Counted from the stretch's first letter, positions 40,410 through 49,967 are shown. The stretch is 64,000 nucleotides of DNA from an uncultured delta proteobacterium (GCA_963850305.1 CAWKKR010000008.1:160001-224000), one strand, 5' to 3'. Notes: generated from the letters alone by a model not told the origin. Translations and numbers: made by a program.

Positions 40410-43006
40410 CACGAACCTCCCAGGTTGATCGCGAGGTGGGCGAAGATGCCGAGCGGCGGACCCGCCGTGAAGGCGCGCTCGGGGACGAGCGTCGGTTGCG
40501 CCTGGCTGTGGAAGTCCGAGGCGTAGTTGTATTCGCCGAGCCGGTACTTGGCGTCGAAGAGGTTCGTCGCGGTGAGACCGATCTCGTAGTGCGACCATCT
40601 CAGGGTCGCCGATGCGTCGGTCGTGAAGATGGTGTCGCTGCGCTGGCCATAAGGGAGCGCGCGCGGCCCGACGTAGGTGATACCGGCGCTGACGGAGCCG
40701 CGCACGTCGGAGCCGCCGAGGGTGAACGGCAGCGCGCCGAAGTACGCGGTGTCCGAGCGGAACACCGCGTCCGGCACGTAAGCGACGAGCAGGTGCGTAT
40801 CATCGTACGTCGACTTCACGAGCGTCAGGTTCGCGGACTCGTCGAAGTGGGTTCCCGTGAGCCGCAGAGCGCCGACCCAGCCGTTCCGGGTCGTGCCCGT
40901 ACCGAGCACGTTCCGGCCCTCGGTTTCGCTGAAGATGAGGTCCTTGTCGACGTGGGTCTGGAAGAGGATCGAGCGGGCGACGACGGACATCACGTCGAAC
41001 TCGTGCGCGTAGGTCACGCCGCCCTCGTACGCGACCACGCTCGCGAACGGGGTCTTCACGTCCTGGGTGATGTAGCTCGGGTCGACGGAGCGGACGCCTT
41101 TGCCGTAGCTCGCGCTGAACGAGAAGTGCTCGTAAGGGCCGAGGATCACCGACGCTCGCGGCAGGAGCGCCGTGCTCGACGTGCTGATCTCCTGGTTCGG
41201 TTCCCGCGGACGGCCGAATTCTTCCTGCGTGAGGCAGCTCTGGTCGATGGGCGGGTTCGTCGGGGACGGATGCGCGACGGACTGGGCTGCGCAAAGATCG
41301 TTGACGTGATACGTGAGCACGTCCGCACGGAACCCGCCTCGAAGCGTCAGCCACCACGCCGGCTTCACGTTGCCGTCGGCATAGAGTCCGAGGTCGCCGA
41401 TCTGGGAATCCAGATCCGTGTCGGTCTTGTACGGATTTCCGGTCGCCGCTTCGAGCCGTTGCTCGAGCCCCGTCACCTGGTCCCCGCGGGCGAAGTACCC
41501 GAGCTCGAGCGACTGCTTCTGTCCGAAAGCTTTGGCCGTGTACGTGGACGCGCCGCGGGCGCCGAACGTCAACTCGGTGACGTTCATGTCGATCATGTCG
41601 CCACGCTGCTCGTGCAAGCTCTGGAGAGGTTCCTGGACGTCGAGGAGAAATCCGGTGAAGTCCTCGAGCAGGCGCATGTCGCGTTGGATGAGGAAGAACT
41701 GCTGCGCGAACGTCGTGTCGCCGTCCTTCAACGTGAGATCCCCGGCGACGGAGTAACGGGATGAGTCCCCTCCCGGAAGCACCGCCTGTCGCGCAAAAGA
41801 GGAGAGCGCGTAGCTGTCGTAAAAACCGATGCGGCCAGCCTTGTAGTCGTCTTCTCGGATGACGCCCGCGGAGTGGTAGTGCGTGCTGTAGGCCTGCGCG
41901 GTGATGCGATACGAGCCGTTGTTGCCGAGACGGCCCTCGTACTGACCCATCGCGGTGCCGTGCTGCGCGTCCCGGTTCTGTCCGAACCCGTTCGTCGTGT
42001 AGATGTCGGCCCCGGCGAACGTCCGCGTGCTCTCACCCTTCGGGCCCCACGTCAGGAGCAAGCGCTCGGTGCCCCAGCTCCCTGCGGTATACTTCGCGGT
42101 GAGGCCGCGCCGATCGAGGCCGAGTTCGTAGTCTGCGCTGCCCGCGACCGCGTAGTTGCCTTGCCGCGGATCGAATGGTCCTTCTACGACGCGTAACCCG
42201 TTCACGAGCTCGGGGATGATGAAGTGGGTGTCCGCGTAGCCGTTACCGTGGAGGTTGCCGCTCTCGTTGATGGGCACGCCGTCCACCGTGAATTCGATGT
42301 CCTGCCCTTCGCGCGCATCGAAGCCGCGCATGAACACCTGCTCGGCGTGGCCTTCGCCGCTCTCGTTCGTGAGAAGGATCCCCGGGGCGAGCTTCAAGAA
42401 CCCCGTCGCGTTCTGTCGCGGCACCTGAGCGAGCGCGCCGATGTGCAGATTGAAATCCGAAGCGCCGCGGCTCGGAGGCGCTACACGCCCCGTCACGGTG
42501 ACGGCTTCGGGCGGTGCTTCCGGCGCGATCTCCGGCGCGGTCGGGCCCGGCGTGGTTGCCGGCGGGGGCGCGGCCGGCAACGGTTGCACGGCATTCCGCG
42601 ACGGGAGCTCGGGCTCCGGACCTTTCACCGGCTCCACCCACTCGGGCGGCGGCGCCGGCGGTGCGAAATGGAAGGGGACGCGGATGCGGCTCGCGACGGG
42701 CTTGTCGTTGCGCTGCGCGGGAACGAACGTCCACTGGCGCGCCGCGACGATGGCGGCTTCGTCGAGATCCGCGCCGCCCGAAGTGAGCACGTCCACCTTC
42801 GAGACGTGGCCATCGACGTCGACGGTGAGCGCGAGCACGACGTCCCCGTGTTTGCGCTCCTTCAGGGCCGCGGGCGGATAGACGGCGTCCACATGCGTGA
42901 GGACCGTTGGCGGCGTGACCGCGGCGGCTTGTGCCCGCGCCGCAGGGGTCAATCCGAGGATGAGACCGAACACCGCGCAGGCCGCAATTTCGTTGAGACG
43001 GGACAA
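40409..43006 (-). CDS. TonB-dependent receptor with N-terminal TonB-C-like domain
   Basis: Signal peptide; YPPAAL...VVLALTVDVDG...QWTFVPA TonB-C domain; plug EGHAEQVFMRGFD, HGNGYAD, GPFDPRQG; barrel ending NLFD...AINLGGS. Confidence 0.92.
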   Translation of the reverse strand: MSRLNEIAACAVFGLILGLTPAARAQAAAVTPPTVLTHVDAVYPPAALKERKHGDVVLALTVDVDGHVSKVDVLTSGGADLDEAAIVAARQWTFVPAQRNDKPVASRIRVPFHFAPPAPPPEWVEPVKGPEPELPSRNAVQPLPAAPPPATTPGPTAPEIAPEAPPEAVTVTGRVAPPSRGASDFNLHIGALAQVPRQNATGFLKLAPGILLTNESGEGHAEQVFMRGFDAREGQDIEFTVDGVPINESGNLHGNGYADTHFIIPELVNGLRVVEGPFDPRQGNYAVAGSADYELGLDRRGLTAKYTAGSWGTERLLLTWGPKGESTRTFAGADIYTTNGFGQNRDAQHGTAMGQYEGRLGNNGSYRITAQAYSTHYHSAGVIREDDYKAGRIGFYDSYALSSFARQAVLPGGDSSRYSVAGDLTLKDGDTTFAQQFFLIQRDMRLLEDFTGFLLDVQEPLQSLHEQRGDMIDMNVTELTFGARGASTYTAKAFGQKQSLELGYFARGDQVTGLEQRLEAATGNPYKTDTDLDSQIGDLGLYADGNVKPAWWLTLRGGFRADVLTYHVNDLCAAQSVAHPSPTNPPIDQSCLTQEEFGRPREPNQEISTSSTALLPRASVILGPYEHFSFSASYGKGVRSVDPSYITQDVKTPFASVVAYEGGVTYAHEFDVMSVVARSILFQTHVDKDLIFSETEGRNVLGTGTTRNGWVGALRLTGTHFDESANLTLVKSTYDDTHLLVAYVPDAVFRSDTAYFGALPFTLGGSDVRGSVSAGITYVGPRALPYGQRSDTIFTTDASATLRWSHYEIGLTATNLFDAKYRLGEYNYASDFHSQAQPTLVPERAFTAGPPLGIFAHLAINLGGS

Positions 43007-43196
43007 GAGGATGAGTCTCCAGAACGTTGCAAGAATCGGGGCGCGACGGCGCCCGTCGGATGGACCCTCGATCGACCACGAAGGTGCGACAGTTTCGCGT
43101 TCGCGATCGAAATCGGCGGGTAACTACACGCATCGGTTGCGCGAGAAAGCGCTCAGGGGTAACCGCGCGCTCGTTCGCTCGGACGGGCGAATGCCG

Positions 43197-43607
43197 TCAG
43201 ACCGGCGGCGACGTCTTCGGCGCGTATGCGAGCGCGTCGGTCGGGACGACCACGATGAGCACGGGCGCTTCCGGCGCGATCGTCGCTCGGACCCGCACGA
43301 ACGCCAGCATTGCGTCGTGCGCGCGCGAGCTCGCTGGCCGGATCGGCACCGCGGCGAGCGAGCAGTGCTCGTGGTGCCGACCGGTCGTCGAGTTCCGGGA
43401 GACTTCCGGGCGTTTCCCTGGGTTCGAGCGCCGGTAATCGATCCTCGGCAGCTCCGCGACGTCCATGAGCTCGCCGTGCTCCGGACACACGACGTGGTGC
43501 ACGGTGGCCAGGTGCACATCGCGCCACAGATCGCCGAAAATGAACGTCGATATCCAGACGATCGCGACGAGGCGAAATGCAAGCCGGGCGGGCGAACCGA
43601 GAACCAT
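43197..43607 (-). CDS. Small exported His/Cys-rich protein (DUF2946-like architecture), putative leader
   Basis: Hydrophobic N-terminus, HLATVHHVVCPEHGE, HHEHC, C-terminal ALAYAPKTSPPV; 190 nt upstream of the receptor on the same strand. Confidence 0.65.
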   Translation of the reverse strand: MVLGSPARLAFRLVAIVWISTFIFGDLWRDVHLATVHHVVCPEHGELMDVAELPRIDYRRSNPGKRPEVSRNSTTGRHHEHCSLAAVPIRPASSRAHDAMLAFVRVRATIAPEAPVLIVVVPTDALAYAPKTSPPV

Positions 43608-43737
43608 ACGCGCGGACCGCGTTTTCGCACCGGTCGCGCGCGCCGTCAACTCGTGACGGCTCGTCCACGCGGTTGGTCGCGCCGAGTTCACCTCGGAGCG
43701 TTCGGGGGTATCGTCTTCGCTCCGAAGGAGAACCCCC

Positions 43738-44193
43738 ATGCCCAAAGCCATTCCCGACGGATACGCCACGCTCACGCCGTACCTCGCTTGCTCGGACGCA
43801 TCGAAGGCCATCGCCTTCTATGAGGAAGCGCTGGGCGCGAAAGAGCTCTACCGGCTACCCATGCCGAACGGAAAGATCGGTCACGCGGAGCTGCAGATCG
43901 GCACTGCACGCCTGATGCTTTCGGACGAAGCGCCGGAGTGGGGCAACAAGAGCGCCAGGTCCTTCGGCGGCACGCCGGTTGGACTCGTCCTGTACACGGA
44001 AGACGTGGACGCGCTCGCGGCCCGCTTCGTCAAGGCTGGCGGCAAAGTCGTGATTCCGGTTCGCGACCAATTCTACGGCGACAAGTCGGGCCGCTTCGAG
44101 GACCCCGAGGGCTTCAAGTGGACTCTCTCGCAGCACGTCGAAGACGTGACGCCCCAAGAGATGGCCGCCCGCATGGAGAAGATGGGCAGCTAG
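43738..44193 (+). CDS. VOC/PhnB-like glyoxalase family protein
   Basis: IPDGYATLTPYL, AIAFYEEALGA, HAELQIG, DQFYGDKSGRFEDPEG; AAGGAG RBS. Confidence 0.92.
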   Translation: MPKAIPDGYATLTPYLACSDASKAIAFYEEALGAKELYRLPMPNGKIGHAELQIGTARLMLSDEAPEWGNKSARSFGGTPVGLVLYTEDVDALAARFVKAGGKVVIPVRDQFYGDKSGRFEDPEGFKWTLSQHVEDVTPQEMAARMEKMGS

Positions 44194-44234
44194 CGTTCGA
44201 GCGCGAGCCCCTTCATTCCCGGAAAGAGAACGTC

Positions 44235-44350
44235 ATGGACGATGAGCGAAGGGCGGAACCGGACGACACGGCCGTGCGGGTCGCCTTGTGGCGGGCCCTC
44301 CACGTGGAAGTCGATCCACCGCCGCACGTGCTCGAGGACGAGAATCGGTG
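44235..44350 (+). pseudogene. N-terminal remnant of a class I SAM-dependent methyltransferase
   Basis: PDDTAVRVALWRALHVEVDPPPHVLEDE resembles LCM/TIGR00027-type methyltransferase starts; similarity ends after about 36 aa, at the 3' end of the convergent gene. Confidence 0.6.
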
Positions 44351-44377
44351 TTGGTGGCGACCACGTAGTCGCGCGCT

Positions 44378-46063
44378 TCACGGCCGCGGCACGATCGGGA
44401 GGCGCTTGTTCGGCGTCGTCGGGCCGCGGAGCTCGACGTCTTCGAGGAGGAGCGAAGGGGCGACTATGGACGCGGGGATATCGAGGCCGCCGTCATTCTC
44501 GGTCACGAAGCTGTAGACCGCCGTGTCCCTGCCGAAGGCGAGGATGTCGCGGAGGTCGCGGACGGACATGGGCGCGAAGGTGGCTCCACGGATCGGTGTT
44601 TCCGTGCCGTCGAGCGCGACGCGATACGCGAGCTCGGGCGCGGGCATGAGCTCGCCGCTCGTCGCGCTGGTGCGGGTCTGGAGTTCCTCGACGACGAGAC
44701 CCGATTCGATGCCTTCGTCGCGGAGGGCCTGAACGAAGCGCGCGCGGAGGGCGGATGGACTCAAACCGTGCTTGCCGGTCATGATGAGGTTCGCGACGCG
44801 ACCGCGCGCCCATCCGACGAGGCCCGAGCGACCGTGGCCGTTCGAATGCGCGAAGCCGTCGCGCGGAGTCCGCGACATGAGGAAGTTCCGCAGACGGCCG
44901 TCGTCGATCAGGAGCACGCGCTCGCCGAAGATGCCCTCGTCGTCCACGACGTAGTGGCCGAGCAGCGGCGTTCCTTCCCAGCTCGTGAGCGTCGGGTCGT
45001 CGAATACCGTCAGCCCGCGCGGCAGCACGCGCTTACCGACGCGGCGAGCGAGAGGGCTCTCCATGCCTTCGTTGAGTTCGGCCGGCGGCGTTCCCGAAAG
45101 GGACTCGCCGAGGAGCTCGTACACGAGCTGCGCCGCAGCGCGGCCTTCGAACAGAACGGGGCCGCTGTAGTCCTGGGCGCTTTGCGCGCGCTGTAGAGAG
45201 CCGAGTTCGGCGCCGATGCGACGGGCCTGCGAGAGGGCCGCGGCTTCGGGGAGCGGCCCGTTCTCCGGCGCGGCGAGGAACGCGCTGCGTTCGATGGCCA
45301 TTCCGTCGGTTGCCTGACCCGCGCAGGTGATTTCGATGCCCGCGAACCGCGAAGGTTCGATCGCGAGGCCGCCGTCGCTTGCGAGAAAGCGTCTCTTGTC
45401 GGACGCCTCGAGCACGTGAACGCTGCTCCTCTGCACGGCGGGGAACGATCCGAAGACCGCGGACACGTGGCGAGCGACTTCGAGCGGATCGCCGAGCACG
45501 CCGGGCGGAGGGTCTTTCACGATCGTGGCGGACGAGGTGTCCGTCGAGAAGCTCGGCACTTCGGCGCGAGTCGCGATCTCGGATTGCCGGGTGGCCTGCT
45601 TCTTTTCGAGCGCGGCGACGGCGTCCTTGTACGCGCCGTCGGTGGCGAGCCAGAGGTCGCGTCGGATCGCGTCGGCGTCGTCGTCCACGGTGACGGCCGT
45701 CGGGGCCGAGTCACTGACGGGATCGCCGTCCGTGCTCACCGCGAGGGCGAGGTTCGAGTTGTCGGATTCGCGCGTACCGACGCGGAGCTCGACCTTGATG
45801 AAACAATCGCGCGTGAGCTCGTCAGAGACGACGGCGCCGAGGGTCGCCTCGACGCTGCGCTCGTTCTCGTCGACGAGCCAGTATGCGACGTAATAAGGGG
45901 CAGGCGCGCTCGGCAGTTTGAGCTGCCGGGTCGCGCGCGTGAGCTCGGCCCGCATCGCGCCGAAGAGCACCGCGTCGGTCGGCGGAGGCTCCGCGGCGCC
46001 GAGCAACGGCAACGCGCACGCTGCGACGAACCAGAGCCGGCCGGGTGCCCTGCGGACCCTCAT
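44378..46063 (-). CDS. TldE/PmbA-like subunit with signal peptide
   Basis: YSGPVLFEGRAA, DDPT, DDEG, FLMSRTP, SNGHGR, APSLL; no HExxxH motif; ATGA-coupled to the TldD gene. Confidence 0.85.
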   Translation of the reverse strand: MRVRRAPGRLWFVAACALPLLGAAEPPPTDAVLFGAMRAELTRATRQLKLPSAPAPYYVAYWLVDENERSVEATLGAVVSDELTRDCFIKVELRVGTRESDNSNLALAVSTDGDPVSDSAPTAVTVDDDADAIRRDLWLATDGAYKDAVAALEKKQATRQSEIATRAEVPSFSTDTSSATIVKDPPPGVLGDPLEVARHVSAVFGSFPAVQRSSVHVLEASDKRRFLASDGGLAIEPSRFAGIEITCAGQATDGMAIERSAFLAAPENGPLPEAAALSQARRIGAELGSLQRAQSAQDYSGPVLFEGRAAAQLVYELLGESLSGTPPAELNEGMESPLARRVGKRVLPRGLTVFDDPTLTSWEGTPLLGHYVVDDEGIFGERVLLIDDGRLRNFLMSRTPRDGFAHSNGHGRSGLVGWARGRVANLIMTGKHGLSPSALRARFVQALRDEGIESGLVVEELQTRTSATSGELMPAPELAYRVALDGTETPIRGATFAPMSVRDLRDILAFGRDTAVYSFVTENDGGLDIPASIVAPSLLLEDVELRGPTTPNKRLPIVPRP

Positions 46064-47850
46064 CTGGAAGCCGGACCTTCCCCGGCGAGCGAAGGCGCAG
46101 GGAGCAACGGGGGGCGATCGTCGCTCTTTTCCCGGCGAGTCACCTCGATGGACCCGAGCAGCAAGCTCGGACTCGACGCGGAGACGGGAACCCAGCCCGA
46201 CTCGGCGCCGCAAACGCCGTTGAAGACTTCGAAATCGTTACCGGCTGCCTCGACTCGCTCGAGTGACGCGAGCGGGGTCCCCTCGATGTCCACGCCGCGC
46301 ACGAGCTCTTCGCGTCCGTCCGGGTAAACGCGATAGACCATCACCGGCAGAACCTTGAAGGCCTGCGATGCGGCGCGCGTCGTGTTGGTGAAGCCGCCGC
46401 TGATCTCGTGGAAGCGAAGGCCGAACGGCTTGCCGTCCCTCTTGATGTCGTCGATGAGGCGCTGCTTGAGTGCGGCCGGAGAGGTCGTTCGCGTCGGATC
46501 GACGATGAGGTTCGCCTGCCGCGAGACGATACGATGGCCGTGCTCGCGCCGGCCGTGGCCATTCGACCCGCGGAAGCCGGCAATGGGCGAGCGCGAAAGG
46601 AGAAAGTCCCGGAGCACGCCGTCCGTGACGAGGTTCGCACGCGCCCCGCGCACGGCTTCGTCGTCGAAGGGGTAGTAGCCGTTGAGGGGGACGCCGTTGA
46701 GGGCCGAGACCGAGGGGTCGTCGTAGACGTCGAGAAACGACGGCATCACCAGCTGACCCACGCGATGCGAGAAGGTCTGGCCTTCTTCCTCGTCTTTCTG
46801 ACGATGCCCCTCCATCCGGTGTCCGAAGATCTCGTGAAAGAATACGCCAGCGGCGCGCCCGTCGAGGATTGCCGGGCCGCTATAGGGGTCGATGGGGGGA
46901 GCTTTCCTGAGCGCGAGCAGATCCTGGATGACGCGCGTCACGAGCCCTTCGACGGCCTCGTCGTTCGGCAACGCTTCGATGGACGGCGCGTCCACGGTCT
47001 CCGTCCGCTCGAGGCGCATGCCGTCGTCGGCCGTGGTGCTCGCCGTGACCTCGACGCGACCGTGCGTGCGCGCGACCTGCACGCTCGAACCTTCGGTGTC
47101 GATCACATAGCGCGTCTCGGCCGACGCCTGCAGCGTCACCGAAGACTCCAGGATCTCCGGATGCTCGGCGAATGCCGCCGAACACCGTCGCACACGCGCC
47201 TCCCACGACGGCACGTCGACGGTGATCGAGGCGGGCGCCTCATGGAACACGGCGACGGGCGCGCTCGGAAAATCATTCGACGCATCCTCTTCCGCCACGA
47301 GGACTTGCTGGTTCGCCTTCACCCGGACGAAGTCTTCGATCGCCCGCCGGTACTCCGTGTTCGTCGTGAGCCACGCGACGTTGCGGAGCGCGGGCGCGTC
47401 GTCGTCGAGGGGCAGCCATGCGGAGCGCGTGAACTCTCGCGACGCGTCATATTCGTCGCGGAGCCGGTGCGTGTTGTCGAGCTTCGGAGTCCCCACACGA
47501 ACATCGACGTCGAGGCTCCTCGAGCAATCGTCGGTCGAGCTCTCCAGCTTGCCGAACGACCCTTCGACCGTGACGCCATGCTCGTCGATGGCTTCGTATT
47601 CGATGAAGTAAGGCGGCAGCTCCGCGCGCGTGCCGAGTTCGTGGAAGTTCCGGGTAAGCTCGTCGCCGAGGATCTTCAGGACCGGCGCGGCTTCGGCGGT
47701 CCCGACCGCCGGCGGCTGCGTCAGTTCGAGCCGTTTCGGCGCGACCGGCAAGGGCGGTGGCAGAACGCCATGCGCCTCTCGCGGACCGCGCATCCCCGAG
47801 CACGAGAGCACCGCCAGAGCGAAGACGGCGGACCACCGCGCAGACGGCAT
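46060..47850 (-). CDS. TldD-like metalloprotease, probable lipoprotein
   Basis: FFHEIFGHRMEG, DDEA, SNGHGR, SRQANL, GVCGAESG; N-terminal LAVLS-C lipobox. Confidence 0.9.
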   Translation of the reverse strand: MPSARWSAVFALAVLSCSGMRGPREAHGVLPPPLPVAPKRLELTQPPAVGTAEAAPVLKILGDELTRNFHELGTRAELPPYFIEYEAIDEHGVTVEGSFGKLESSTDDCSRSLDVDVRVGTPKLDNTHRLRDEYDASREFTRSAWLPLDDDAPALRNVAWLTTNTEYRRAIEDFVRVKANQQVLVAEEDASNDFPSAPVAVFHEAPASITVDVPSWEARVRRCSAAFAEHPEILESSVTLQASAETRYVIDTEGSSVQVARTHGRVEVTASTTADDGMRLERTETVDAPSIEALPNDEAVEGLVTRVIQDLLALRKAPPIDPYSGPAILDGRAAGVFFHEIFGHRMEGHRQKDEEEGQTFSHRVGQLVMPSFLDVYDDPSVSALNGVPLNGYYPFDDEAVRGARANLVTDGVLRDFLLSRSPIAGFRGSNGHGRREHGHRIVSRQANLIVDPTRTTSPAALKQRLIDDIKRDGKPFGLRFHEISGGFTNTTRAASQAFKVLPVMVYRVYPDGREELVRGVDIEGTPLASLERVEAAGNDFEVFNGVCGAESGWVPVSASSPSLLLGSIEVTRREKSDDRPPLLPAPSLAGEGPASR

Positions 47851-47921
47851 GGCTCGCAACCTACTCCACGCTCGCGAAGCGAGGCGAACTCAGGTTCCCG
47901 GCAGACCGAGGCGCATGCCGC

Positions 47922-48971
47922 TCAATGGCAGCGGTAGGCTTGATCGGCGGGGAGCGACTTCGTGCTACCCGAGCAGACCAGCGTGCCGGAGCAGGTCACG
48001 TAGGCGGCACTCCCGCAATAGGCATCACCGGTCGTTCGCGTCGTCTTCGAATAGCCGCTCCCCTGGCAAGGGCCCAGGGACAACGCGGTGCAGCTCGAAT
48101 AAGCGGCTTGCGAGGGATCGCCCGTCTCGGTGCCGGAACAGTCGTAGTCGTAAGATTCACCGCCGCCGGGCACGGAGTACGGTGTGTAGTAATAGACTGT
48201 ATTGGCGCTATCCTGCGGGTGTACGAGCGGATTGTCGTCCAGGCAGTCACCGCCGATCGTGACCCACGTTCCGGTCGTCGGCGCCTCGCAAGCCTCGACG
48301 GCCGCAGCGGTGACACCGTACCCGTCATGGTCGTTGTCCGGGTACCAGGTCGTCGGGGTCGTGCAGGCGCCGCCCGAGCCGGCACCGCCCGAGCCGGCAC
48401 CGCCCGAGCCGGATACCCCGCCGGAGCTCGAACTGCCGCCCGATGCGGCACCGCCAGAACCGGACGCGCCACCCGACCCATGCGCGCCGCCGGAGCCCGG
48501 TGTCCCGCCAGAGCTCGAACCGCCGCCGCTCCCCGGCGTCCCGCCGGACGCGCCGCTGCCGCCAGAATCCGTGCCCGAATCGGAACCACCGACGCCGCTG
48601 GCATCCGCATCGGACGAGCCAGCGTCTTCATCGTGGCCGACGGTGCTGCCGTCCGAGCCGTCGAGGTCGCCGCCGCCGTTGCTTCCCCCGGCGCCCGTCA
48701 CGCCGCCGGCGTTCGCGCCTCCGCCGCCGTTTCCGTTCGCGCCGGCAGACCCGGATCCGCCGTTTCCGTTGGACGTCACGCCGCCTGCGTCGGCTCCGCC
48801 GCTTCCCGACCCGCCGCTCGTGAATTCGGACCCGCCGCAGGCGATGGCGAACAGGGCGAGAAGTGCGCTCAGCCTCGCTCCCGTCGGGCCGCGACGGCTC
48901 CATTGGAAGAAAGCTCCGTTGTCGAAGATCACGTCACTCCTGGATCCCGCGCCGCGAGTGTTGACCCCCAA
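47922..48971 (-). CDS. Gly/Ser-rich lipoprotein with C-terminal Cys/Asp putative metal-binding motif (start uncertain)
   Basis: Lipobox AIA-C; long GGS linker; WYPDNDHDGYG...GDCLDDNPLVHP...DYDCSG. Confidence 0.75.
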   Translation of the reverse strand: MGVNTRGAGSRSDVIFDNGAFFQWSRRGPTGARLSALLALFAIACGGSEFTSGGSGSGGADAGGVTSNGNGGSGSAGANGNGGGGANAGGVTGAGGSNGGGDLDGSDGSTVGHDEDAGSSDADASGVGGSDSGTDSGGSGASGGTPGSGGGSSSGGTPGSGGAHGSGGASGSGGAASGGSSSSGGVSGSGGAGSGGAGSGGACTTPTTWYPDNDHDGYGVTAAAVEACEAPTTGTWVTIGGDCLDDNPLVHPQDSANTVYYYTPYSVPGGGESYDYDCSGTETGDPSQAAYSSCTALSLGPCQGSGYSKTTRTTGDAYCGSAAYVTCSGTLVCSGSTKSLPADQAYRCH

Positions 48972-49066
48972 TCATCCCACGAGACGGCCGGTGCCGCACG
49001 TTCTTCACGTCGACCAGCCGGCGGGCGTCGCCCCAGCCCTCGCCTTTCTCGCAACAACGCTAGGCG

Positions 49067-49846
49067 TCAAGCATTTCCACCCTGGGCCAGCAACGCCTTC
49101 AAGCGGTCGATCGCTCGGCGCAATTCTCCTTCGGTGGCGTGCTCTCCAGGTTCCGTGGGGCCCCATCTCGACCAGCACGCGGCGAGGACACGCTCGTCCT
49201 CCGACTCCTGTGACGGCAAGGTGCGAAGCACGAGGACCGAGTCGTTCCGTTCGCGCCACGAAAGCGCAACGTCGCGACCGCCGTCACGGACGAGCACACG
49301 CCCGGACATGCGCTCCCCCGTCCCGAGCGTGATGCAATACGCTTCCCCTTCTCCGCCCATCCTTGCCTCACGCCCGAGCCAGGTCGCGAGCGCTTCCGAT
49401 TCCGTGAAGCAGACATGAGCCAGCGCGGTACTCGTCTTCGCCCGTCGAACGGCCCACCGGGTCCGGCGCGGGCCATTCAGGCGCGATCCCTTCGCGTGCG
49501 CGAGGAGCGAGAGCCCGACGCGCCAGGAGGATCGAAACCCGTCGATGTCGTCGTCTTCGGTCAGCCCCTCGTGCAAGAGGGTGAGCCGGCCGTCCGAGAC
49601 TTCCAGCGAGACATCGGTATCGCCATTTCGGAACGTGATGCGCTCCATGGGCACCACGTCGGTGACCCGCAGCTCGACGGCGACGCCGAGATCGGGCCAC
49701 GCGAGTTCCACGGTGCCTCCTCGCACGAAGGATCCGGAGACTTTGTCCGCGTACCAGCCTTCGAGCCCCCCAGGAGTGCTGCACGCTTCCCAGAGCTCCG
49801 AGCGAAGCGCCCGCGCGGTCTGAACGAGTCGAACTTCGGCGGCCAA
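49067..49846 (-). CDS. Tandem SRPBCC/AHSA1-like domain protein
   Basis: [15 protein letters not shown]...VVPMERITF...LTLLHEG; first possible start outside the tRNA is TTG at 49846. Confidence 0.7.
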   Translation of the reverse strand: MAAEVRLVQTARALRSELWEACSTPGGLEGWYADKVSGSFVRGGTVELAWPDLGVAVELRVTDVVPMERITFRNGDTDVSLEVSDGRLTLLHEGLTEDDDIDGFRSSWRVGLSLLAHAKGSRLNGPRRTRWAVRRAKTSTALAHVCFTESEALATWLGREARMGGEGEAYCITLGTGERMSGRVLVRDGGRDVALSWRERNDSVLVLRTLPSQESEDERVLAACWSRWGPTEPGEHATEGELRRAIDRLKALLAQGGNA

Positions 49847-49852
49847 GGTCGG

Positions 49853-49925
<73 letters not shown>

Positions 49926-49939
49926 GAGGGCCGGGGGAC

Positions 49940-49967
49940 CTTGTACCGGGACGGTCGGACCTGTCAA
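49940..49967 (-). promoter_or_regulatory. Candidate sigma70-type promoter for tRNA-Ala
   Basis: TTGACA-16 nt-TACAAG on the minus strand, 14 nt upstream of the tRNA. Confidence 0.5.

Noticed and set aside
43007..43196. Cobalamin riboswitch upstream of the TonB receptor
   Set aside because: No B12-box or other recognisable conserved core seen by eye.
44378..48971. Microcin B17-like RiPP cluster (TldD/E plus Gly-rich precursor)
   Set aside because: No YcaO, dehydrogenase or exporter; the Gly-rich gene is a lipoprotein linker with a folded C-terminal domain.
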